A DNA stretch of 64,000 nt. Source: Veleropilina oligotropha. Taxonomy: Eukaryota. The position numbers were made by a program, and so were the translations under genes. Below the pieces are notes generated by a model. That model was not told where the DNA came from. It ran no database searches and was given only the letters and a program-made list of their open reading frames with translations. This document shows positions 1-14,022 of the stretch, in pieces (position 1 is the first letter of the stretch; the number at the start of each line of letters is the position of its first letter). The stretch lies in NCBI GenBank assembly GCA_048128005.1, contig JBEUKZ010000104.1, positions 62,001 through 126,000 of the forward strand. Reading direction: 5' to 3'.

Positions 1-119
1 CAAGGGTAAATCTATAAATTGGTGGGGGCATAAAAACCTAACACAGGGCGAAGGATGACCGACCCTTGGGAATGGAACCTGACATCTCGAGGCTCTGACG
101 AAAATCTATATATTTCTGA

Positions 120-3100
120 GCACCGCCGACCCGATCCTAGGGCTCATTTAAGACGAGTACGATGTTTCACGCTGGCGACTGCACCAGCCCGGTCAGTCTC
201 TCGAGTTGATAAGAGCGTATGTAATCAGAGATAGTACGGTTGTCGGATAGCTTAACATGTGCTCGACATTGTCGAAGCGTAGTCGAAATCGTAGCACGGC
301 AACATTTGACCACTGATACTGATAGCCCTCGTTCGAATAACGATAAAATAAACTCGATAAATTTGTTCACAGGGGCAGTTGCTAGAGATAAGCCTTTCTT
401 AACGAGCGATCGTTCGATAACCGCCATGCGGGTAAACGAAGGTCGTTCGGCGACGGGTGGAGTACCCGTGAGCGCAGTTGCTTCAACAGGTCTGGTATCT
501 GCGGTAGCGGCCGATCGACGATGAGATCGAGAAGTGTCGGAAACCAAGGCTGCGCACGATACAGCGTTATCTCGCAGCATTCTATCGATGCCTTCTTCAG
601 CATCAGTGCATTGACAGTGCATCGACGGCTATCGCGGCTGGATCCGGGTATGGGGAGACATACAGAGGGAGTCGGTGATTGAATTCTGTTGCGAACAGAT
701 ATACTTGGGGTTGCGACCACCGGCGACAAACTTCCCGAGCTACTCGGCTGTGTAGCATCCACTCTGTGCGTTTAATCTGTGATTTCCGAGAGAGCGAGTC
801 CGCTCTGACGCTCAATTTTCCCGAGATGTGTCGTGCTCGTATCGTCGAGTTGAGGGACATCACTGTTGTCCGTAGCTAGCATGATATGCTTGTTGCGGAG
901 ATGTGACGAGAAGGACCATACTGCTAGGTCGACAGCCTCTAACTCTAAACAAGAGGCCTCTCGACCTATACAGCTCCGCTGGAAAGGTTTCGTCATTATA
1001 GGCCAACAACGTTAGGAATTTGGGCAGCACTTCCCCAAGTAATAACATACCAAAGTAATAACATAGACTACATGGACAAGTCAAAATTCCGAATTTCAGC
1101 GAAACTGGGTTGTACATTTTTCTAATATTCACAGGATAAGTTAAACACATCATAAGGAAGGCTCATGCCAATTAAGAAAAAAGTTATCAGACAGTTTCAG
1201 AGATATTCACATTTGAAGGCAAAACTTGTTGCAGAAGTGGATTTTCTAAGTCCAAAAAGGTAAATTTCGGAAAAACTGAGATGTAGAATTTTCTAATAAC
1301 TTCAGGATATGTTCAGAACATCATAAGGAAGGCTCATGCCAAATTAGAAAAAAAGTTATCAAACAGTTTTGGAATTATTCACATTTGAAGTCAAAATTTG
1401 TCACAGGAGTGGATTTTCCTGGTCCAAAATGTAAATTTCTGAAACACTGAGATGTAGAATTTTCTAATATTTTCAAGATATGTTCAGAACATCATGGAAG
1501 GCTCAAGCCAAAGTAGAAAAAAAGTTATCAGACAGTTTTGAAGATATTCACATTTAAGTCAAAAGTTGACGCCAGACGGACGTATACCGGACAAAGCGGT
1601 ATCAGTAAAAATTGATGTGTCATCCCTGCAGGTCCGTCGGCCATAGGCCCGATGTCTCGTAAATGTCAAGGTGACCCCCCCCCCAGCCTTCGTTCGAAGC
1701 ATCCGTGAAGCGGAAGGCGTTCGGTTCTGGTGGGGATATCGGAACTGACTGGCTCGGCAAGGCAAGGTTCAGCCACACTGCTGTCGAGTGATTGAACCAA
1801 TGCCGTAGATCGCTGCGATCCGTCCACTGTCCGTTGTACCCAGCGGTCTCAGAAGGCCCGCTGTACATAACGGTCGTTTGTCCATGTGACCTGTGGTAAT
1901 AAGGGTGCTACCGACTCGATGTTCCCGAGGACAGTGGCCAGTTGTCGCGCCGTGGCTATCCCTGAAGATCTCGTGTCCTGGATAACTGAGCGTAGGTTCT
2001 CGGTACGTTTCTGTGTCGGCTTCGCGGTGTACCGGACTGTATCGAAGTCGACTCCGAGGAACGTAAACGTCATCGAGGGCACGAAGCAGGATTTGATCTC
2101 GTTGATCTGAAATCCCAGACGCTTCGCCGATGACAGGGTAAAGCTCGTGGACTGGAGGCACTGATCTCGGGACGCCCCGAGAATTAACCAGTCGTCGAGG
2201 TACATATCTACCGTGCCACAAAGAATGTAGGAAGGCCCAGAGGGCCTGTACTGTTCTCGTGAAGACGTATGAGGCTGACGATAGACCGAACAGTAGACAC
2301 CTGAATTGGTATATATCGTCGTCCCATGAACAAACCGGAGGTACTGATGAGCCGAGATATGCATCAGAACATGCAGGTACGCATCGGGCAGGTCGATAGA
2401 CGCTACCCAGTCGCCCGGACGGATGACCACTCGTATCTTCGAGAGTCTTTCTTGCTGGAACTTCTTGGTGTGAAGATACCGGTTGAGGTGTGATAGATCG
2501 AGGATCGGTCTCCAATGGCCATCGGGTTTCGGGGCGCACAACTGAGTTCGTCGTAAGTGCCGGTAACCCTAGGGCCGAGCACGCTTCGCTGTCCCGCTCT
2601 GACGGAGGTGCCTTCTTTGTGGACTTATCGGCCACTAGGTTTGGCACGCTTTGAAGGCTCATGGCTCCGAGGTGGAGCCGAGCGCTTCTTCGAGGAAGCA
2701 GCTGGACCCCGGAGTGTAACCAGCAGTGCCTTCTCGATGGCACGGTCCTTAAGTTCGGCCGCCCTCCTGTCAACAAATTCGGAGAATTCGTCTCCAAGGA
2801 GGGTACAGGCCGACAGAGGTGCACATCGAAGCGAGCGCCGGGTGGCGTCATCTATCGATGTCCCCTCCAAGCAAGCGTCCCTACGGAGTAGGAGCGCATT
2901 GCTCAGGACTCATCCCATTCCATCGATCCATCCTCCATGGCGGCAGCAACCTGCCGGAAGGACAGGGCGGTCTCGCAAGCGCCGGGTCCATCCTGCTGTA
3001 GGACAGCTATCGCCCCGTCTAGGAAGAAATCCTGTACGGAGGTAAGCCGCAGAGCTCTCAAAGGTTTCCATGGCGGCCCATGGAACCTTTGCCAAAGAGG

Positions 3101-4745
3101 GAGTCCGACTGGTCCGAAGCCGGCGCAAGGCAGCGTCGATCCTAGCTCAGTCGCCAGGCAAGGTCCATCGCAAGCTATCGGTAACTGACGCTTGTTAGAC
3201 CCGAGGTACTTCCCCTTGCGAAGACCCGAAGGTACTCCGTCAAGGAGGTCTCCAACGCTTTGCCTCCCTGTCCGAACTTAGTCATTGAGTAGAGGACGAG
3301 GTCGACTAATCCTGACTGGGGAAGTACGGGAAGCAGGGGAGCTTCCGACTCAGCAAAGCGTTGTGCCGCCGTCCTGTGTTTGACAGCGTCGGATCTTCCG
3401 GTGCCAGCACCCCGCGAAGAGACGCAACCACGTTGTACCTCCGGCGGGTGGTGGAGTTCGGCTCCTGAGTGCCTGCGAGACTCCGAGAGTCTACAGTACT
3501 GACAGACTCAGCAAGATCGGAGCGATTGGAGTTGTAGCAGGAGCCATGCTCTGAGCCATGGGCAGAGGACCAGGAGGCTGGTTCGGCTGAGAAGCCGGTA
3601 GCCAGTACCTACAACGAGATTCGACTTTTGCCGCAATCATGACCTGAACATTCTCGAAAGAGAAGCCCGGGGGCATGAAGGACATCGAACCAACAGCCTG
3701 TGGTTCGCTCGAGGTCACCATGGCGACGGGCTGTATAGGTGGGAGCGGTCGAGAACCAGGGTCTCGAGGCTCCCACCGAGCAGTCGCCCACAGGGAATCG
3801 TGCAAAAGACTGCGGCCACAGTTCGATTAGGTCTTCCGCTCTGTTCAGTGGTAGTACGGTCAGCGCACGTGCTCTACAGAGTAGAACGCAGCCGGTCCGT
3901 CCTCGATGCCTGGCAACGACCGAAAGGCCGTGTGAGAGGCATCGCGCCCTCCATCACTGCCGTGAGCTCCGTAATCCATGAGCGTAGCACAGGGGCTAAC
4001 TGCATCGATTACGGTCGGCAGGATGGGTATCGTCGGATGTCCGGTGCTATGTGAACAACTAGGGTACGGCGTCTATACCGACTTTTCTTTGGGTCGATGG
4101 CTGTCTAGCGACAGGCAGCTCCCCACAGAAGGACTAGCGTTACCCGTATCCTTCGAGGCCGAAGGAAACCCAGGGTATTGCTTGCCCTCTTGAGTCATTT
4201 TCCGATACGCCCATTGTACCTTGCAGGCCGGCAAGGTACTGTTGGACACGGACACTAGACCCGAATGTGGTGGAACGGACTGCTCTCGGCCACCTACCCG
4301 AGTCTCGGGCGACGGCGAATATTCCGTGACTCCAGCCCATTGAAACACAGAACTTACCCCATGGAATCCGAAGGTCCTCTCACGACTGCCGACAAGCGTC
4401 CCTGGCACAAACAAGGAAAGAGTTTGAATAGTTTCCGTCAGTCTGTATCCCGGGGGAAACCTCGGAAGATGAAGACACCCTGGTCGCCTTATATTCCGGG
4501 TACACGAGCGCCCATGACGATCCGTCCACGGGGTACATATAGCACAACGATGGTTTTATGAACAATTATGATGTATGCAACAATCTGAGTGCTTATCAAA
4601 CCCGTTCATCTTCTGAGTACAGTCGGGTATGCTGCAACGGCCCATGGCTGGCTACACGGAAGGACGGAATAGGGTTTTTCCCAGTCTCAGCAGATTTACC
4701 CGAAACACGTTAAACCTAAATCAAAGTCTGAAGCACTGAAGCAGG
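120..4745 (-). mobile_element. Decayed DIRS retrotransposon, family A related (copy A1), no termini seen
   Basis: Frameshifted fragments of gag (ATG at 4645, Cys/His N-terminus), RT (MYLDDWLIL, ORF 1849-2541), RNase H (FTDAS), the MT-like domain and the recombinase N-terminus (ORF 167-622), collinear with A3. Internal deletions and an insertion at ~948-1610. Confidence 0.9.
948..1610 (-). mobile_element. HINE/Pearl-like non-autonomous element with ~170 bp tandem units, inserted in the A1 RNase H region
   Basis: Starts AACAAGAGG...AGCTCCGCTG and has ~3 units of ~170 bp, ending GACGGACG...CGGTATCAGTAA. Same family as 28919-37014. DIRS sequence resumes directly on either side. Confidence 0.7.
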
Positions 4746-4911
4746 CGTAAAAGATAAAGGTTATCAGTTTTGCAAAATGAATAATAATATTTAATTTATA
4801 AGATGAAATTGATTCATCAACCCACAGGAAATGTATCACAAATATGCACAGCACCTAGTTTTGTAGGCTTAATTATATCAATTTGTGCACTGGATGTCCA
4901 TAGCAAGTACA

Positions 4912-5171
4912 GGAGGAGGAATGATTCTTAATGTCCTGTATATTTACAAAATCGAGGTTCAAGGCAGGACATGTCCGTGTTATCGCGGGAGGAAACCCCG
5001 GTCGCCCGGGTAAACCCACCCTCTTCGGCCAGTCGCGGACAACTGTGATTCATAACTTCAACAAATGTCAATGCCTCAACCAGGTATTGAACCCACTACT
5101 GTTCGCATTAGCGGAATCAAGCCAGTGAATTTAGAGTGGACACTCTACCCATTGCGCTGCCGAAGCGGCCT
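4912..5171 (-). mobile_element. tRNA-derived SINE
   Basis: 15-bp TSD TCCATAGCAAGTACA (4897-4911, 5172-5186), A/B-box-like head and (CCT)n tail on the minus strand. Homologous to 27375-27623 and 29222-36925. Confidence 0.85.
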
Positions 5172-6759
5172 TCCATAGCAAGTACAACATTATTAATTTG
5201 GTTGTGTTTTGTTGTCATGCATTTCACCCAGTCGTGAAGTTTTTGGTGATGATTTACAATTAACATGATTAATAGGCCTATTTATATTGCTGTTCTTCCT
5301 ACAAATGGGTCAGTGTTCATTTAAAAATCATCATTGATATTTTTCTAGGCTACTCTGCTTTCAATACTGAAGAAATAAATGTTTTATTACCAATTGGACA
5401 TTCCAATTCAAGCTACAGTAGTCAACCCAGGGCACAAAATGGTCATATAAAGGGGAACTAAATGTAGGAATTATTTTAAGTTCCATTGACCTGTTGACTT
5501 CAGCTATTATATGATTAAATATTAATAAAGATAATATGAAATACAGTGGTGTTGAAGTTGCAGGTATATTTATTCATAAATATTCGTAAATAATAATTTT
5601 GTTACTTACAAATACGTACACCGCGACGCTCACTTTGACACCGACAGCGAAAGTGCAGGTGACACCACGTGACGGGAACCCTTTATAAATCTGTCAAACT
5701 TGTTAAATGAGCTGCAAAGTTATTTACAACGTCAATTATCCATTTGCTAGTTGAAATGTGAGGACGACCCTCCCTGAGGAAGTCACTAACGTCATCGCTC
5801 ATATAAATATTCATAAGTTGTGCTATAATAGATGCGGAATTCCTGTCCTATCATTTCTGCTCAACTCTCCTTCGCAGAAACGTGATTTCGCTAGTCTCAT
5901 GGTTACTAGTATACGTGCTCTTTTATATTTTGAAGGCAGGGGGGATAACTCCGAGTACGAGCGGGGAAAATAAATATTTACGTTAATGTGCGAAGTATAT
6001 TTGGGAAAGGTAACCGTAACTGATGAAATTCCTGTGCAAACCGATAATAAAGCATACTATTGGATGTTTCCATTATCTATGTAAGTAAAATATTCTCCAG
6101 CTGAGGCGCTTATACTATACCGGAATCAGCCGAGTGATTTCCGAGAACGGTTCTGTAATGTTTTCATGTAAAAGAACGATTTCAGCTCAAAAACACATTA
6201 GAACAATTTCTGAAACAATTTTTATTTATGTCGCCTTGACCATTTCCTTATATTAATCATCGCGGCGACGTTGACGTCATTATTCTAATTTGAAGTCGCG
6301 AATCACATAAGGAAACAACCATATTTGGAAACAACAACACCTCAGTGACCTGTGGCTATTATCCCGTGTGAAAATACCCCCTGTGAAAACAAATGTAATT
6401 TACATCTATTCTACGATTAAACAGACGTATTTTTACACTTTTTTCGGATTTGTACAAACATAAACACAAAAAGTTGATGAAATATTTATATATACGCTTA
6501 CGAATAGTTTTTAGATGTGCCATAACATAATTTGATAGATAAATCGCTATTTTATGCAATAAGCCGATAATGGGAATAGCCATTCAAATACGGTCGGTTT
6601 ACCGAAGCAGTAATTTCATTATTTCAATCGCAAGTTACAGGTATTTTTGAAACAATTATAATTCAATGATACAGTGACAGTGTTTGTTAGTAAATAGCCT
6701 ATAATAGATATCGGATATTGCGTGTCAAGGCAACAAATTCTAAGTTGTTGCTACTTGAA

Positions 6760-9700
6760 AAATGAGGTTTTTAATTAAACCTAATATTAGTTAAAACATA
6801 CTTACGTCCTTACTCTTGCCATAATAGTCATATTATCGCCAACCGGAAACAGTGAATAAAGTCACATTATGCACTCCTTTTAAGTCAAAACACTACGATC
6901 ACCTCCCCTGCTCCACCTCTCCTAAGTTCCCCCAGCGAGATCTCGCCAAGGCTCGCGAGACATCCGAGCCATCGAAGTCACAAGACCTCAATTCAAAGTT
7001 CAGAACCCCAAAGGAACTTAGTAGAGGGGAGGAATGCGAAACGCAGGGTGGGTAATCGTAGTAAGGACGTAAGTATGTTTTAACTAATATTAGGTTTAAT
7101 TAAAAACCTCATATGTAGTTACAAACTACTTACGTCCTTACTCTTGCCAGAATAACCTTGGATAGGTGGGTAAGAAGTTCCTTACAACAACCCAAACAAG
7201 ATAATGACTTACTTTTCACCATTTCAATCAGCATGAAGCGTCGATTGTGTCCGCCCAGAGTGGAATTTACTGAGTATTATATTCTACTCTTACCAAGCGA
7301 GAATTTCGACCAGTGTTACCGGGAGAATACGCCGTGGTGTGAGTCGGACGAGGTGAACGGAAGTGCAATCAGCCCCAGGCACGGCCGGAAGGATGGATCC
7401 TTGTAGGTCTTACGTGTCCTGGACCAGTGGCAGCCAAATGGTACTCCGGGCCATAGGCCGGTAGCCAGAGGATGCAGTCGGATTTGTAAGCACACGGAAC
7501 CTAATAGGTTGTGAAGGCATCAAATCAAAAGCAAAGAATTAATAGATTAAATAAATAATCGATATTAATAAGTGATTCGCATGACCAACTTGCGAAACGC
7601 TAACATGCATATGTACGACATGTTACTTAAAATAAATTTTAAGGAAGCAAATATTAAATTTTTTTCAATGTCTTGAACATCGTATGTTCGATAACAGCAT
7701 AGAACAACAAATAATATTGAACCTCAAAATCATTTAAGATTTTCGCAATATAGTTGTTTATTAAATTCAATGTGAACTGGCTTGTCAATATACTCAGGTA
7801 TGACATGAAGTACAAAATCTTAAAATGTTTTTAAGAAATGAACAGACATTGAATCGCCTCATATGTGTCTATTTCATAGAACAGCTAGGCCAACAATAAC
7901 ATTGCGTCAGCACGGATTATGTAAATTGATAAATCAAGAAATAATACTCACTGATTAGACGACCTCGGTCTAACAATACATCGTTGAGCAGTTACTATGT
8001 AGACTGCACAATCCATCAGCCGCATGGAATAATCCCACAGAAAAGGCTTAATAAAGACATTTTGAGAAGCAACGCTGAGATGTGTATCTGCGAAAGCACG
8101 GACCTCGTGCGCGCGGATCGATACAATAGTGCGTGCGGCCTACTTTTCACAGCGAGAGTAGTCTCTCACTACCTGTGAAAACCTCCGCGAAACAGTCGTC
8201 TACGTAATGTCGCGGATATAAGAAGGTAAATACGAATAAAATATACGTAGTTTTCCCTGCCGCGTATCACGGGTCCTGTCGAGGTAGTAACGTAGGCACG
8301 GATATGACAGGTTCATCGGTCCACATCGGGTCTCTGACCAGCGTAAAGCTTGGGGATAACGATATCGGGTGCGTCTTCGTTCGGCCGTTGATTCTTGGCG
8401 AGGAAACCCAAGATATGACGCCGCATCACCGACCCGTCGACTGGAAACGAACGTCTCGTAGCTCTGCGGATAGACTATGAAATACGGAACAACGCCTGCC
8501 CGACGCTAAGGCGATCAGAAAAATCCGTTTTGTGCGTTAAGTTCCTCATAGAGGTCGGGCCCATAGGCTAGTACGGGTAGAAGGAGAGCGTTAAGAATGA
8601 GAGCGATGTTTCAGGCTGGCGGCCGTATCGTACGGGTCGAAATTTCGAGTTCGAAGGATCGTAGAAATCCAAATCGTTCGGTCGCTAGGTAGGCTAACAC
8701 GGGCACGGCACTCGCGACCGTTGCCCGATAGCTTTGACGGCGGACACTGACATACCACGTTCAAAGAGCGACGATAAAAACTCAATAAACTTGTTCACGG
8801 GGGGGGGCGGAGTATATTGACCTGCCGGCTGTGACACCAATCCACGTACTTAACCCATTGGTAGTCATAAACTTTAGTCGTGGAAAGCCTTCTCGATCGG
8901 TAGATGCGTAGGGCTGTTGCGAGAAAATCCTTTCTTAGCAAGGGATCGTTCGATAACCGCCAGGCGTGTAAACGTAAGTCGTTCGGCGATGGTTTGTAAT
9001 ACACGGCTGCGCGCCTGCATTAACAGGTCCGGTCTCTGCGGGAGCGATAACGGTCGGTCGACGATCAGATCGAGGAGGGTCGGAAACAAAGGTTGCGTGC
9101 GATACAGGGCCGCGATTAGCGTTATCTCGCAACGTTCGTTCGATGCCTTCTGTAATACCAGTGTTAGAATGCACGACGGGGGGAAGGCATACGCGGACAG
9201 ATTCTCCCATGTCATTGACAGTGCGTCGACCGCTAGGGCGGCTGGGTCCGGGTACGGGGAGACATACAGAGGTAGTCGGTAATTGAATTCTGTTGCAAAC
9301 AGATCGACTTGGGGTTGTGACCACCGGCGACAAACGTCCCGAGCTACTCGGCTGTGTAGCGTCCACTCTGTGTGTATTATCTGTGATTTCCGAGAGAGCG
9401 AGTACGCTCTGACATTCAGCTTTCCCGGGATGTGTCGGGCTCGAATCGTCGAGATGAGGGACATCACTAGGCGGTGTAGGTCTATTGCTCGGTCGCAAAG
9501 GGGACGCGAGCGAGTGCCGCCCTGGTGCTGGATGTAAGCGACGACAGTCGTGTTGTCCGTGGCGAGCATTATGTGCTTGTTGCGGAGATGTGACGAGAGG
9601 GACCGTACTGACAGGTAGACGGCTTCTAACTCTAGGAAGTTGATGTGTCGTCCCTGAAGGTCCGTCGGCCATAGGCCTGATGTCTCGTAACTGTCGAGGT

Positions 9701-12700
9701 GACCACCCCAGCCGTCGTTCGAAGCGTCTGTGAACAGGTAAGCGTTCGGCTCTGGCGGGGATATAGGAACCGACTGGTCCGGCAAAGCAGGGTTCAACCA
9801 CACTGCTGTTGTGCTGGTAAACCAATGCCGAAGATCGATGCGATCCGTCCACTGCCCCATCCGTTGTATCCAGCGATCCCTGAACGCCGGTTGTAACGGT
9901 CGTTTGTCCATGCGACCCGTCGGTAGCAGGGTCGCTACCGACTCGATGTGCCCCAGGACAGTGGCCAGTTGTCGCGCTGTAGTTATGTCCGATGACAGGG
10001 TGTCTTGGATAACCGCGCGTAGGTTCCGCATATGTTTCTGGGTCGGTTTCGCGGTGTACCGGACCGTATCGAAGTAGACTCCGAGAAACGTAAACGTCGT
10101 CGAGGGCACGAAGCCGGATTTTGTCTCGTTGATCTGAAATCCCAGGCGCTTCGTCGATGACAGGGTAAAGGTCGTAGACCGGAGGCACAGATCTCGGGAC
10201 GCCCCGAGGATCAGCCAGTCGTCGAGGTATATATGTACCCTGAGCCCTAGAGAGTGTAGGAAGGCTCCGAGGGCCTGTACTGTTCTCGTGAAGACGTACG
10301 GGGCTGACGATAGACCGAACGGTAGGCACCTGAATGGTAGATCGTCTCCCCGTGTATAAACCGAAGGTACTGATGAGCCGTGATATGCATCGGGACATGC
10401 AGATACGCGTCGGTCAGATCGATAGACGCTGCCCAGTCGCCCGGACGGATGGCCGCTCGTATCTTCGAGAGGGTTTCCTGCTGGAATTTCTCGGTACGAA
10501 GATATTGGTTGAGATACGAGAGATCGAGGATCGGTCGCCAGCGGCCATCGGGTTTCGGGACCAGGAAGAAATGGCTGTATTATCCTGGTGTGCTGGGCGG
10601 CGCGGGATATATTGCTCCTTGAGGAGTAGGTCCCGCACTGCCTGGTCTAAGACCGCTTGCTTCTCTCCGTTTAGGAGGCGAGCGTGTCTTGGTGGTGGTG
10701 CCTCGTTTAGGGTCGGATGGCGGTTGAATGCCAACTTGTATCCGGCACTCACGACGGAGGGACCCAGCTACTGTCTGGTAGTCTAGCCACGGCTGGCTGT
10801 ACGCTAACAGATACGCTTCCACCGGCGGAAGCGGGCAGCTGGGACTGTCGTGTGTGCCGGCAGCCCTAGGGCCGAGGCTTCCCTCTCCCGCTCTGACGGG
10901 AGCTTGTTGGAGGTGCTTGCCTCTTCGGAGTGGGTTAATGGCCGGGGGCCTACCACCAGAAGAGGGCCATGCACGCTTGGAAGGCTTCGGGGTCCGGGTG
11001 GGCCCTGAACGCTTCCTCGAGTCGGCGGGTGGACCCCCGGGGGGTGCAGCACCGCCTACTCGATGGTACGGTCCGTCAGGTCCGCCGCTCTCTGTCGACG
11101 AATTCCGAGAAATCGTCGCCAAATAGAGTGGTGGCCGAGCAAGGCACGCATCGCAATGAGCGCCGGGTGGCCTCATCTAGCGAGGTGTCTTTCAGGCAAG
11201 CGTCCCTACGAAGTAGGAGTGCGTTACCCAGGACACGTCCCGTCTCCAACGCGCTGGTCTCCATAACGGCAGCAACCTCCTGGAGGAAGGACAGGGCAGC
11301 CCACGGGCGCCGGGTCCATCCTCCTGTAATACGGCTATCGCCCCGTCTAGGAAAAATCCTGAACGGACGACAGCCGCAGAGCCCATCGGGCGGAGCTCTC
11401 GAAAGCTTCCAAGGCGAACCCAGGAACTCTCGCTACAGAGGGAGTGTGACTGGCGGTCAGTCAACGCAACGCTGCGTCAACACGAGCCGCTCAGTCGCCA
11501 GGCACGGACCAGTACATGCGAACGGGATCGAACGCGAACTGGCCCGGAGGTACCTCCCACTACGGAACCCCAAAGGGTACTCGGTCAGTGGGGAGGACTC
11601 CACCGGATTGCGCCCCCGACTGAGCTTGGTTGTCGAGTCAACACCCGATCAACCAGCCCAGACTGAGGTAAGGAAGGAAGCAAGGGGGCTTCCTTCTCAA
11701 CAAACCGATGCGCCGCCGTCCTGTGCTTGACCGGGCCTACATACGACCGAGTCGGTTCCGGCAGGTCAAGCACCCCGCGAAGTGACGCAACAGCGTCGAG
11801 TTCGGCGGGTGGTGGAGGTCGGCTCCTGCGTGCCTGGAAGACTACCAGCGTCTTCTGGCCCGACCGATACAGGGAGGTCGGAGTGAGTGGAGTCGAGGTC
11901 CTCGTCGGAACGAGGTTCGATCCCCACCACGGAGGCAGGAGCCGTGCTCTGCGCCACAGGCAGAGGTGTAGGTACCTGGAGCGGCTAGGAAGCCGGTTGC
12001 CAGGCCCGACATCGGGACTCGAACTCCGCCGCGAACATAGCCTGGACGTTCTCCAAAGAGAAACCCGGAGGCATGACGGGCGTCGAACTAACAGCCGGTA
12101 GTTCGGTCGAAGTCACCGTGGCGCTAGGTTGACGGGCTGCATGGACAGGTGTAGCCGAGAACCAGGGTCTCGGGACACTTGTCGAGTGGTCAAACCCGAA
12201 AGAACGGCCCGGAGGCGCGTTCGGTGGGCCGGACGACCGGTAGGACTGCGGCAACAGTCCGTATCGGTCTACCACTCTGTTCGCGAGAGGCACGGTCGGA
12301 AAACCGCCGTAGAACCCCTCACCGAACGCAGCCGGTCTGTCCACTTGAGTGGGTGCACGGGAGAGAACGGGCCCTCTGAATGACTCGTGAGCTTCGAGGT
12401 TGAGCGGAAAACCCCGAGGGGTAGTCGCGTCGGTCTCGATCGAGGATTCAGGTGTCGCCAATTGTCCGGATCTTAGACCATCGTAATGGTGTCCGGCCTC
12501 TTTAAAGGCTTTCTCATTGGGTCGCTCCCCGTCGTTAAACGGAGAGTTTCCCGCAGAAGGACTAACTTTCCCCGTATTCTTCGAGGCCGAAGAATAGGAT
12601 GGGGAATGTCTGCCCTGTTCAGCGGTTCGCTGCGCTGCCAGATATACCTTGCTAGCCGGCAAGGTATGGTTGGCTGCAGTTACTAGGCCCGTTTTAGGAG

Positions 12701-14022
12701 GATCGAACAGCACTCGGGCTCCTACCTGAATCTGGGTCCCGGCAACGTTACGGCGACTCCCCCCATGAGTCGCGGAGGTTACGCCGGTAGATCCGGCGAC
12801 AGACGGTATTCCTTTATGGTCGACTGTCGTCCAGCGTCCCTGAAGTAGACAAAGAAACGTTAATTCCCTTTAACCTACCATTTTGTCCCTTCTCGGGGGA
12901 GAACCCACCGTGGTAACCGCACTGGTCGGCTTCATCGGTGGAAATACGTCGCCCACTGCCTGCTGTTAAATCTAGGCACAGTTCACATTTATAAGACTTA
13001 CTGTCAGTTACGGTGAACACGGCATTCCGTGCGCCTAGAAATCCGTGAATCTTCTGGTTACACCCGGAGTTGCACCGGACCATAGCTGAATACACGGGAG
13101 GGTAGTAGTGGGTGGAACGGGGTAGTTAAAAGTATATATTTGGTAGTTGTGACTATTTACTACGACAACTCTTAAAATTGCCCTAATCTGAAGATCAAAG
13201 ATTAGGCGATATACCGCAAAATAACCCCGAACTTGGAACACCGAAGTCGGGTAATAAACCCGGCAAATTGACTAGAACAAACGGGGGTTCTTTCTTAGAA
13301 AAAACCGCCCAGGAAAACACCTGAAACCTCGTGGATGTTTTTATGTTAGTACAATGGCGTATTATCCCAGAAACGGCAGGATATCAGAATAACTAAAAGT
13401 GATATCTAAACAATCCTGCCTATTAACGACGCTAGAATTTTTATACAATAATAACCAGCAATAGCGTCGTTAAGGAATTATCCAATATAATGAGTTACCT
13501 GTTTGCAGTCTCAAACAATATCAGATAAAAATACCGACCAGAAATTTCTTCTACACACGAAACTTCCCCTCTAAGCGGCCATGCTTTTCCACAGCAACAG
13601 CGGCGATGTCGGTTTCACTTGATTTCCACACTTCTCGAAGTTTAGAATCACAATCTTCCTATATTCACTTGTTTTATTATCCACAACACAGGGTATATTC
13701 CACAACTTATATTACTGATATAAGGTTATAGCGTCCTCGATTTAACGTATAAATCGGAAGACAAATTTGCGGAGCAAAAAACACGTCTTTCCATTTCGGC
13801 GGAAAACTTTGAATTGAGGTCTTGTGACTTCGATGGCTCGGATGTCTCGCGAGACATGGCGAGATCTCGCTGGGGGAACTTAGGAGAGGTGGAGCAGGGG
13901 AGGTGATCGTAGTGTTTTGACTTAAAAGGAGTGCATAATGTGACTTTATTCACTGTTTCCGGTTGGCGATAATATGACTATTATGGCAAGAGTAAGGACG
14001 TAAGTAGTTTGTAACTACATAT
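6760..14022 (-). mobile_element. Full-length but mutated DIRS retrotransposon, family A (copy A2)
   Basis: ITRs ~6795-7000 and ~13805-14010. ICR ~7060-7149 is complementary to both termini, joined by ATAT. gag, pol and YR are recognisable but frameshifted. Confidence 0.95.
8795..10870 (-). pseudogene. Disrupted pol (RT-RNase H-MT) of copy A2
   Basis: ORF 8874-10109 is near-identical to A3 pol (FTDASNDGWGGH, LELEAV, DLFATEFN, YAFPP). Frameshifts near 10570-10620 and ~9000. Confidence 0.9.

Noticed and set aside
5340..5900. Possible terminal or non-coding exons on the minus strand
   Set aside because: Splice-like motifs are present but there is no ORF or homology support.
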